DNA of 63,972 bases, counting the filler, from Reclinomonas americana ATCC 50394 (lineage: Eukaryota): NCBI GenBank assembly GCA_048213135.1. It is 15 parts of 15 records of this genome, joined end to end, with 100 filler letters (N's around TTAATTAATTAA, not from the genome) between each part and the next. Parts side by side here need not be neighbours in the genome. Positions count along the whole stretch, not along the records: positions 1 to 5,316 come from AFZH01019705.1; positions 5,417 to 17,057 come from AFZH01019706.1; 13 more parts are not named here. One strand, written 5' to 3'. Both the position numbers and the translations under genes were made by a program. This document shows positions 1 through 11,500 of the stretch, piece after piece. The notes below the pieces were generated by a model. It searched no databases and was not told where the DNA came from. It worked only from the letters and a program-made list of their open reading frames with translations. The stretch's first letter is position 1. Every line of letters begins with the position of its first letter.

Positions 1-230
1 CCTCCCTACGTTCGTCGTCCCCCTACTTCGCCGTTCTCCCCACTTCGCGTCCCCCTACCTTCGTCCGTCTCCCACTTGCGTCTCCCCACTTCGTCTCCCC
101 CATTCCCTTCCCCCCCATTCCCTTCCCCCCATTCCCTTCCCCTTTCCCTCCTCCCCTTCCCCCCTTTTTTCCTTCCCCCCTTTCCCTCCCCCTTCCTCCT
201 TTCTCTTCTCCCTCTCACCCCCCTCCATAG

Positions 231-3200
231 ACCAAGGAGACGGCGACACCACCGGCACCGGCGGCTCGCACTGGTACCTGGGCATGAACCTGAAGCGCGT
301 GGGACAACGTCTCGCCGCTCGCGGTCAGCAAGTGCTCAACCTGGTGTTCGAGGGCCCCGAGAAGCGCTTTCGTCGTCTCTTCGGCTTTGGTCCCGAGGAG
401 AAACTCTACGACTCGTTCTCCTGCTCCTACGTCAAGGGCATTCAGCGCACAGGCGTTCTGTTCGTGTCGGCCAACTATCTGTGTTTCGATTCGCGTTTGT
501 TTCGGTGAGTGTGTCTTTCACTTTCCAGTGGATTGGACGCTGGTATTTACACTGTCGTTCAGCAACGACCACTTTGTGCTAGAGCTGCGCGAGATCGAGG
601 AGGTCAAACGCCGGAGCACGCTCGGTGTGATTCCCGACGCGCTCGACATTACGATGAAGAGTTGCGTCGTCGTTGTCGTCGTTGCTTGCTTGCTTGCTGC
701 TCACTCACCCGCTCACTGAGAACTCCCACAGGCGGCAAGCACTACGTGTTCTCCTCGATGTTGTTCTCTCGCGAGAAAGCCATGAGTCTGATCCTGCGGT
801 CCATGGCGGTGGCACGCGATCGCGAGCTGGAGGGCACCAGCGCCGAGGCCGACGAGGAGGTGGAGGAGGTGCAGGAGGAGGAGCTAAGCAAGTTGTGTTT
901 CTTCACTAGCTCTCTCCCTCCCTCCTCTCATTGTCGCTCACACACCTCCCCCAACGGTTGCAGTGCTGCTCACGTCTGTCTTGTGCCGCTTACGGCTCCT
1001 GGTGCCGCTCGAGCGTGCATGTTTCGTTTCCAGAGTGCCGACCCGTCGGTGGACGCGTCGACACCCATACGCTCGTCGAGCATCATGTACTTGGAGCATG
1101 TGGAGACGGGGTACGTGTGTGATATGGGGCATGGGGGAAGGGGAACCACTCACACACACACACATACTTACCGTGTGGCATCAGGTATGCCTTGCATCCC
1201 GACGTGCGTCTCGACATGGCCTCCGCCGCGGCGTTGTCGGCCTCTGGTGAGTGAGGATGAAGTGCGGTGAGGCGAGGTGCGGTTATTGTCTCTCACTCTC
1301 CGTCAACGCAGACCCTTCGTCCGTGCGACGCGGCCTGGTGGTGGCCATTTACTGCCTCACCTCCAAGATGTACCTGCGTGTGCAGCGTGAGCACGAAAAC
1401 ATTGACGATGACGACGATGACGACGACGAGGCTCCACGCAACGGCGACGATGGGGTGCGTCATCTTGTCACCGTTTTGTCTGCTGCCCCCCATTCATCTC
1501 TGCTCGACAGGGCGACGGCGACGGCCACCAGCAACGCAATCTCGGTCCGCTGCGCACCACCCTCGGTCCCTCGGCTCCCATGCCGTACTCGCGCGCATGC
1601 TTGTTCGAGTTCCTGCGACCAGACGACATTGCTGCGCTCCGTCGTGTCGAATGTTGCGTCGTCACTGTCTCCACAGCATGCAGAAAAAAAACACTGTTGA
1701 TTTTTGTTTTTTGTTGCTCCACAGACGAGCAAAACCGCTCCGACGGCAGCGGCATGGCACGCCTCTCTGCCAACAAGCCAACACTGCGACGCGGTCGCGA
1801 GGTCAATTTCGGCAATCCCGCTGCCGCCATCTTGAAGGGCCTGGAGGTGTTTGAGTGGGGCACCACCTCGCGCTCCGTCACCATCTCCGACGTTGACCGC
1901 GGCAAGATTCGGCGCATGGGCGAGTTGGCGGCAATCAATGCCAACCCGTCGGCGTCGATCCGCATGCGCAACCGCATGCACATCAGTTTGGTGCAGGGAC
2001 GCGGCAATGCACGCACGGAAGACGTGACCGAGTCGCCGTTGATGGCGAGCTCGTACCAAAAGAACATTCGCCCGCGTCCCGGCAGTCGACGCATCGGCAA
2101 GCATCGCATGGCCGCCGCCCTCGCTCTCTCGAGCTACGTCTCGATCGCCAGTCAAGCGGTGCGTGACAGAGTGGATGGCTGTCACTGGCAGGAAATGTGG
2201 CGCTGACTGTGTGTGTGCTTACGCAGACGGCCGGCATGTACCTGCCCATTGGATTCCCCGAGGTTCGCACAGCTGGCCAGTTGCTTGCGCTGTTGAAACC
2301 GGAGGCTGCCGATGGCGTGCGGTATGTTTGGTGCAACCAACAGTGCTCCCTTTTGTTGTAACTCATGGTGCTCGCAGCCTTCGATCCCTGGACAAGCGGC
2401 TGTATATTGAAATCAATCAGGGACGCGACGGCTTTTCCGTGATCCAGTTCCGCGGTCGCGATGGTGCGCTCGCTCTTGTCTGCTGATTGTTTGGTTGCCG
2501 GTCTGTGTCGGTGCTGACTCGACTGGGGTGCAGGCAAGCGCGGTAGCACCCTGACGGCGTCGTCCGAGGGCTACCGATTCGAGGTCGTGGTTCTGCCGTC
2601 GTCTCCGTCGTATTACCAGGACTTTAAGCTGCGACCAGGAGGTGCGTCTGCATGCATGCCTGCTTTGCCTAACCGAGCGGAGCTTACCGTGTGATGATGC
2701 GCCGACAGCCAACATGACCACCTCGGTCAATTTTGTGGATCCCGACAATCTCAGTCTGTTCCTGCCCGAGGGTGAGCGGCGTCCGCACACCGGCTTTATG
2801 TTCTCGCCACCCCTATCCAGAACGGCACTGACGGCACCCATCGAGAACTGTGAGCGATTGATTGTTCAAGTTGTTATGCAGTTGAATGTTGTGCTCACGT
2901 GACTGTCATGTGCAGTGAACCCTGTGGACCGGCTGTGCGGTGGCTCCACGGTTCGCCCACACGCAGAACGCATGTTCCGCATGCACACGGTGCAATGGAA
3001 GCGTGCACAAGCCGTCGACGACATTTGGTGCGACTGCCTCCATCCGCGTATTCGTCGCCGACACTTGTCGTCTCACCGACATGTCATTGCAGGGAGGTGT
3101 CGGCCGTCAACGGCGAGTACACTGAGTTTGCTCGACAGGCAGCGTACGCTGCAAGGCACATTACCTTTTACGTCATGAACTGGCGCGACTTGCTGCGGAC

Positions 3201-5446
3201 AGCGGCCCTGGGGGAGCAGCTGACCATTCTCGAGGACCACGTGCGGGTGCGTACTGCGCCAGCGATGTGCGTGTTACAGTCCTCAGCGCTCACCCTGCGA
3301 ATATGTCAGGGCCTGCGGCGACTGCTGTCGGTGCACACGGGCGACGCGAGCAGCACCAGTGCCATGTGGGAATTGGTGAACCCCGTGCAGTCCCGTACGT
3401 CAACATTTATCATCATTCCTTTTCGTTGCATGTTCTCTTGATTCAGAAACATGTCACTCTCCGCAGGCACCGAGGACGAACTGGTTCTCCGTGTGGCGTG
3501 GCGTCAGCGAGTGCTTTCGCAGCTGAACATACCCGACTTGTTGATCAACTTGCTCTTCCTGTTGCAAGTTTCGTGTTGACCGTCGTTTCGTGTCGCACCA
3601 CATCTCACCTCCATCGTGGCACAGAGCGAGCTGCACTTGGATTTCAAGCCGATTATCCGACAAGTACTGTTGCTGCTGGCCGACCTCTCCTTCCGCTACC
3701 ACGTGGTCGCCTTCCAGTGCCTGCGTTTGTTTGGTATGCTTTCGCGAGTGCATGCTGTGTGTGTCGTGTCGTGCCGTGCGAACTCATTGTGGCGCCAGAC
3801 TTTTTGAGGCGGTTCATTCAGGACCCGGACACGCACGTGGAGTGCGTGCATCTGCTGCGGACCATGTTCACGGCAGACAGCCAAGTGGCGCGTGGCATCA
3901 CGCAGTCCTCGGTGAAATTCCTCATGGGAGTTGCGTGACGACATGCTTGTTGCTTGAGCCATTTATTGGCTGACGACGGCAACTGTGATGCACAGCTGGC
4001 GTGGTCGGCAACCGATGTCAGTCGTGGCATTCTGCGCACCCTCCAGGCCATGTGTCGGCATGGAACACAAGTTTCGTATTCACCTCACCCCACCCAGAAA
4101 ATGTCACTTGCCTCATTGCTGTCTCTCGCAGGCCTTCTTCTCGAACCAATTGACGATTGGTCTGGAGTTGCTTCAACCTGCCAACCTCGATCTGCACCGA
4201 GTCTACGTGTTCCAGCACAGTATCCCGTCGGTGGCCACTGCCGGCGGTGTGATTGTTGCGCTGCTGTTATTCTTCTCCAGCACCGTTTGTGCATGCTGGC
4301 GACTCACCGAGTTTTTTTCTCGTACACAGCCGCTGCGTACGTTCCTCAACCCCGACAAGACGGAGACGTCGCGTCTGTTTGAGCATCACGTCCAGTTTAT
4401 GCGCCTGCTGACAGAGCTGACTGCCGGCCAGAACCGGCGATTCTTGGCGTTCCTGAGGGTGTGGCTTGTGCTTGTTTCGCAGGGACGTGCCCTTTTTTTT
4501 GTCTCACGCTCACTTCCTTGTTCACCAGCACTCGTATCCACTGCAAGCGCTCTTCTCAGTCATGCGCGACGAGCATTTGCACGTGTTTGGCACGCGCTCT
4601 TGTCTGCTGCGCTCCGCTTTGCTGCAGTTCATTGCTGGCTTGTATGCCAAGCATCGAGAGCTGCACGACGTCTCTCACGTGCGTGCTCACTTGTTGCCGA
4701 CACGTCTACCGCTTACTGGTTGATTGACAATGCTTCTTTTCAAAAGGCCTCCACCTGCGGGAGCATCCACTCGTGGCCGGCGGAGGAGGTGCTGGTGGAC
4801 ACACCGTTTGGAACCCTGTGTGCGTTCTGGCGAGAGCGAACTCGGCGAGACATGTTGCGTGCACCTCCTCTTGGTCACTCGCATTCTCTTTCCTTCTCAC
4901 ACGCATGTGCACACACAGGGTCAATCGCAGCACTGCCGCCCCGCGTTCTTCAGGTGGCCTGGCTGTCCAGTTGCGTGGCAGCTCACTCACCCGCGAGGGC
5001 ATGTCGTGCACCTTCCTCACTCGACTGTGCACACTGCACAGCCTGCGCGCGGACAACAAGACCCTGCAGGAGCTCGTAACCTGGCTCGGCAGCGAGGTCC
5101 GCCGCGTGCTGGAGCGCGTCGGCACGCTGTCTCCGGAAGACGATGCCGTCGTCATTGAGTACATGCTCGGGTTTGTGGTGCAGGCGCTGGCGTTCCTGGC
5201 CGACTACTACGATGCATTTGCGCGCTACTCGGTGTCGGTACGTGCGCTCCAGTTTCCTTGCTTTCGTGTCTCCATTGAGATTGCTCATCCCGTGACTAGC
5301 TGCGACTCGACGACCGNNNNNNNNNNNNNNNNNNNNNNNNNNNNNNNNNNNNNNNNNNNNTTAATTAATTAANNNNNNNNNNNNNNNNNNNNNNNNNNNN
5401 NNNNNNNNNNNNNNNNGTTGTTCGTTTCGTTTCGTTTCGTTCTTCT

Positions 5447-5513
<67 letters not shown>

Positions 5514-8500
5514 GTCGCCATGCGCAGAGTTGCGTGACGTGTTGGGCGGCTCGGCCAACGATCCACTGGACAGCCCGTGGTACGACGAAGAGGTGTCGAA
5601 TCGCGAACGACGTGCCTACCGCACCGGTCCGGTGTATCGTGTGTGTCTCGCACTCGCCACACAGTTGTGCCGTCTCGGAATCACGGTGGAGGCGCGCACG
5701 ACAACCAACGCGGTGGCTGCGTTGTGGGGCGCCTTCCTCATCTTCCTCGAGGACCAGGAGCGCCGTGTGCGCAGGCAAGTCCGCGCGCGTTCCCGTCTAT
5801 TGTGCTCTCCGCTCATTCGTGACTTGTGGCGCACAGCATGGGCGTCGATTTCGGCGAGCTGCAGCACCAGACCAGTTCACGTGCGGCACTCACGCGCTTG
5901 CTGAGCGAGGCACGACAGCAGTACGATGGCGGCCGATCGGCGGCCGACAGTCGTTACATGGCCATCTTTGAGCGCGCGGCCGGTATTCGAGTGACGAGGT
6001 CTGCCCGAGATTCTCGTCGCACGGAGGGAAGGAGGTGGCTTCTCACACTAGTCTCTCTACAGCATCCCGGCGCAGACGCTCGAGGGCCTCTTTGATCTGC
6101 AGGACGTGACGCTGGGCGAGGTGGCATTCCGGTACATGATGAGCCGGCGGACTCACTGGGCGCGCATGGCGCGCGCCACGGAGAACCTGAACGTGCTGAT
6201 GGGCGGCAACACCGTGTACCTCTTCGAGGAGACGTTTGCGCAGGCGCAGTATCTGCGTGGTGCGTCTCGATGCACGTGACCGGGGAATTGCACCTGTGTG
6301 CCACTCACTCCCTCTTATTCTCCCCTCGTTGCAGATCTGGTGCAGGCCGGTATCGCAGACAACATGCGGCCGATTTCCACCATTCTCGTGAGGTGGCACG
6401 AGAAATTGTTGACGGCCAAACGGCGCGACGACACGCTGAGTGTGGTGCAGGACGTGATGCACAATGCCGGCGTGGCTCGTGAAATGGCCGAGTTGTACCG
6501 GGCGACGCGCGTGGGACACATCGAGTCACTGCGCAACAAGTGCTTCCAGGTGTTTGTGTTGTACATTGAGAATCACGACGGCAACACGCACGAAATTCAA
6601 CCGCTGCTGCCTGATTTCCTCGACGAGCCAGGTTTCGTGCACATTTGCGCGGCACTCTTCGTCGTGCTGTGTCGGGTCTGACCCTACCTTTCCCCCCAAA
6701 TGCAGGCATTGATGACAGCAAGGGTCCGCTCGGCTCGCTGCTGACGCAAATGGCTCGAGTGTGTCACCTCGAGGTGGCCGGCAACTTCATCATCGAGTCG
6801 GTGACTGACCGCCTGCGACAAGTGGCCGAGGCCAATGCCGGCTACATGCATCACTTGCGTGCCACGGCAGCCGTGATGAGCGCCGAGGATGCGGTGCGTC
6901 GTTGCTGTTGCTGCTGTGACTTGCTCTGTGTCTCCATGGCTCACCTCCATTGCGCAGGAGGCTGCCTCTGCGTCCGTGCATTCGTCGCGCTCTGCCGGCC
7001 GCCTGTCGCCTGTGTATGCACACATGCTCACGTCGGTGTGTGCCAACGAAGGCCCTCATCAGCGAGCATTCCAGGTAAAGTCGTGCGTGGTCTTTGCCGA
7101 TTTATTTTTCCTTGCTGTGCTAATCCCAGACATGCTGCATGCAGCTGCGAGTCGCTCGCTTCTTTGTCCAACATCCGGGCATGGTGGCCGAGTACCTCAG
7201 TGGCTTCCGCAACTTTGTGCGCCTGATTACTTCCATGACGGATCCGTCTGCCGGTGCGTTGTTGCTGTTCCCCCACTCTCCTCCCCGCTCTCCCTCCGTT
7301 GACCTGGTGCCTCGCAACGCGCAGACAAACTGTGGACCTCGGAGCGGTCGTGGTTGGACACTGTGAGTTTCATCAACCTCATGGCCGTGGTGGGCGCTCG
7401 TGGCAACGAGGAAGCTCAGTCGTTGACGTGCCGCTGGCTCCACCTCGACGAGGTGGTGTACGCGTTGACCGAGTGTCGCGCGTGGATGCCGGAACCTCTG
7501 TACACTTCACTGTGGAAGTTCCTGTTGCACAATGTGTTTTCGCGTGATCTGTCGCTGTTTTCGCTGGAGGAGTTGCGTCGGTTGCTGTGTTGCTTCTCCC
7601 TCCTTGCTTGCTTGAAGCAATCGGCTAACCGCCTGTGCAGGTGGAAGGAAATCCACGCACTGCTGCAAGTCACCTGTTCTTCTCTCCTCGACGTCATTGC
7701 GCTGTGTTCAGAGGATGATGGTTTGTGTGGGTTGGCTCGCACCATGTGTGTGAAACCGCACGATTGTTCATGCAGTCGCGCAGGCATCACGGCAATCATG
7801 CTGTCCGACATTCCTCTCACATCGTACATTATGCCGTGCTTCCGTCGCGTCCTTCGTTTCTTCACGCCTCGCTCCAAGGAGAGCACAGCGGTGTGTGTCT
7901 GTGTCGAGCGGTGTACTCGCGCATGTGAGCGCGGCGTCTCATACTCTCTTTCTTTCCATCCTCTGCCATTGCAGAATGGAGACGCAATAGATCCGTTCCG
8001 AGTGTTTGTGGCTGGTGATCGGCGTGGTGATCGCATGCGTGATGCGGAGATCTATCGGCCCGATCCGTCCACCACCTCATTTGCAATGTCTGCCGACGGC
8101 GGGCGTGCTGCTGCGTCGGTGGCGGCCACGGCCGCTGCTGTGGAGGAGGCGCGTGAACGCACAGCCTCGTGGAAGGTGCTGCTGTGCCAGATCTCCCTGT
8201 GTGTGGCCGCCCTGTCGGCTTGCTGTGCCAAGGAGGAGGGCATTCGCACGTACATGGACCGTCTGCTGGCCGATGTTGCGCTTGCGTCTTTTTTTTTATT
8301 TTGCATGATTATTTGTGTGCTGATGTTGATGCGGACGCAGGTGGCCAAGGAGCGCGCCACCGTCAAGCAACCGCAGAGTCTCGAGGAGATCTTGCGACAG
8401 CTGCATATGGATCCGGCGTCGGAGGTGACGGACTCGGAGGAGGATTCGGTGCTCGACGTGGACAACATTCATGTGGGCGATCACGACGGCGGAGGCCAGG

Positions 8501-11500
8501 GACGGGCGGCACCCACCATGCAGTTCACGTTGTCGGTCTTGCAGAACGTGGACGACGTGATGCGCATGGCCAACAAGAGTGGTGAGGAGTTGTTGGGGGA
8601 GGGCGTGGTGATTGGCAGCACGTGCTGACGGCTTGGTATGTGCCGCAGCGCACCGCGTGCGCCGTGCGGCCTCGGTGGGGGCAGGGGCTGCGGCTGAAGG
8701 AGAGCGTCGCGGATCTGTGTCGCCGCACGTGGTGGCCGGCAGTGCCGCTGCTGTCGGAATGAATGGTGGCGAGGAGCGTGTGCCACTTATTCGCGCCACG
8801 TCTCCCGAAGGTGAATCATCATCCCGATCACGCAGTCTGTCTCTCTCTCTCGCGACTTACCGTGGTTTGTTGTACAATGCAGGAGAATCACCAGTGGGCA
8901 TTGGTAGACCGCGAGTGCACACGGTGGTGCATCCGAGTCGTGCGAATGGCTCCATGAACGGGCGCGCTGGCCCACCTCCTGCTGCCCCGCCACCGTGAGT
9001 CGTGGCCGACAGCTTGCTCATGTAAGGTATTGACACTGACTGGCTCTTGCAGTGGCGGTCGTGTGGACATGGACTATTTGCTGCCGGACCACATTCGGTC
9101 ACGCATCGCCACTGGGGACGACGCTGCGTCGGCATCGCATTCCTTGCGCGAGCGTCGGCTGTCGTCGCAGTTGCATTTCCCCCACGCCTTCCACCAGGCT
9201 TTTCTGTCTCTCTCTGACGCATTTCGGTATTGCTGCTGCAGCATGGTGACACCGGAGGACATGATGGTACAGGGTCGTCGTCGTCGCGCCACGGTGGTGA
9301 TGCCCGCCGGCAGTGAACCGCCCATGCTGCCTCGGCGCATGCCACCGCCCATGGAGGCGGATTTGATGATGGAGCCGCCGTCGGAGAGGGCGCGACGTCT
9401 CTCCGATGCTCCCATGGTGCTGTCGTTGGTCGTGCAGACCTCTGACGCTCCCGTCGACCACGTGGATGAGATGGACGATGAGGCGTCACGACCCATGTCG
9501 GCTGTGCCGCGGTGGATGTTGCGTTTTTGTTCTCGGGTACATGTTGTGTTGATTTCGTCGCTCACTCTTTCTCTTGACACAGCACCTCGGTGGCCCCGGT
9601 TGTTGACCGAGTGCTCTCCGCATCGTCGCGACTGGTGCTTCCAGACACACTCGACGACATGTTTTTGAACGAGTGGGTCGACATGTTGTATCGCGCTCGT
9701 GAGCGCACCGAGTCGCTCAATATGCCGGACGATGTGGCCAATGTTATCGACCGCGTCTTGTGGTGGTTCGCCTCGTGCTCTGTGATGTGGGAAAAGTAAG
9801 TGTCCAGAAACCACACGCTCATTGCTGCTGTGACAGGTACGAGTCGACGGAGCGCGTGCAGGGCCAGTTGCGGCGGCTCCAGGCGCGTCCCACCGAGCTG
9901 ATCACGGCATCACGAAAGACAGCCTCGGCCGTGAAGGAGACATCGGAAGATGGTGTGTTGTGTGCATCAAACCCTTGCCTCGCGTCTCCAAAGAGAGAAA
10001 GTGTGTGTGTGTGTGTGTTCACTCTGTCGCCTGCAGTGGTTCACGTGTCGGCCTCGTTGTTGACACTGAGCGCACGTCCCGACGAAGACAAGGTGTTCCG
10101 CGATCAGTTGAGTACATCCATGACAAAGGTGAAACATCGCGGGCTTCTCATTGCTGCTGTTCGCGTGCCTGTGCAGTCTCGCCACCATGTTGTCGAGCGT
10201 CAAGCGGTCGGCCGCCGCGCAAATCCAGTCGGAGAAGGCCGTGGCCACCAACGAACTGGGTGCATTCCAGAAGCGCAACCTGTTCTACTTTGTGCGCAAC
10301 GCAACGTTGCTCAGTCGTACTGCGCGAAGCGATCCGGAAGCGCGCATCTACGTGGAAACGGTGCTCGACATTCTCAGCACATCGCAAGGCCTGTGGACCT
10401 CTTCTGCTTCATCGGGCACCAGGACAGGAGGCGGAGGTGGTGGAGGTTCCGAGGATGATGCGCATTCAGACTCGGAGGTTTGGGCGACTTGTGGCGACGA
10501 ATCGCAGTCGATGATTGTTGTCGCTCATCCCTCTCTTACACACTCAGTACGTGTCACTGATTATGACCGAGGTGCTTACGCTTCTGCATGAGCATCTGGA
10601 CGACTCGCGCTTCACCGGTCGTGTGCTGCGCGCCATTGAGAATCTTCTCAGTGGCTCGGACGAGAAGACCAAGCGAGCCATTCTGCAGACCAGCGATGAG
10701 TTGAGTTCACCAGATAGCACCACTCACTCTGTGCGATAGAATGCTCACTGCCAGCATGTTGCAGCGGTGCTGGCTTGCTGTACACGTGCGACCAACTGTT
10801 GCAGCGCGCTATTGCGTACATTCAGCACACCAAAGATCGCCTCGGCTTCACTGGTTCGTGGTGACCTGTCTCTCTGGTGCTCCTCGCTCTTTGTTTTGAC
10901 CAAATGCGTTCTGTCTGTTGACAGGCTTGTCACTGATTTCCACTGTGCAAGAGCGACTGAGCAGCACAGAGGTGCTGCTTGTGATTGAGAAGCTGTGCGA
11001 GGAGTTTGGTGAGGACGCGCAAGGAGCGTTGCAGACTGGGCGATTCAAGTTGCTCAGTCGCATTCTGGTGTACGCACGCGAGGTCATCATGCATGGTTTG
11101 TGGATGTGGTTATGCGCTTGTGTACATGTGGTTGTCTGTGTTCTGCGTGACTCACACACGCACACGTTCGTACGCAGTGACGAGCACGCAACGCCTTCGC
11201 GATTTTGAGGTCAACGAAGTCGTGCAGATTTTACGCACGGTCGAAAAGGTCAGAGCTTCATCCCCATCTCACACTCGCTTCCATCTCGCTTCTCACACAC
11301 TGCTTCATTGATGTAGACCATTCGTGGGCCGTACACGCGCAACTTGAAGGTTCTCATGGCCAACGAGCCGTTCCTGATGGCCCTCCGTGATCTGCTTGGC
11401 ATCTCGTTCCACTGGAGCGGCCTTGGTGCGGATATTGAGTCGCGCATGACTGCGCGAGCGCGGGCACGCAAGGCTGCGGCTGAGGCGGCGCGTGCGGAGA

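Noticed and set aside
5361..5372. Palindromic TTAATTAATTAA repeated 14 times
   Set aside because: Always centred in N runs; an artificial six-frame-stop linker, not biology.
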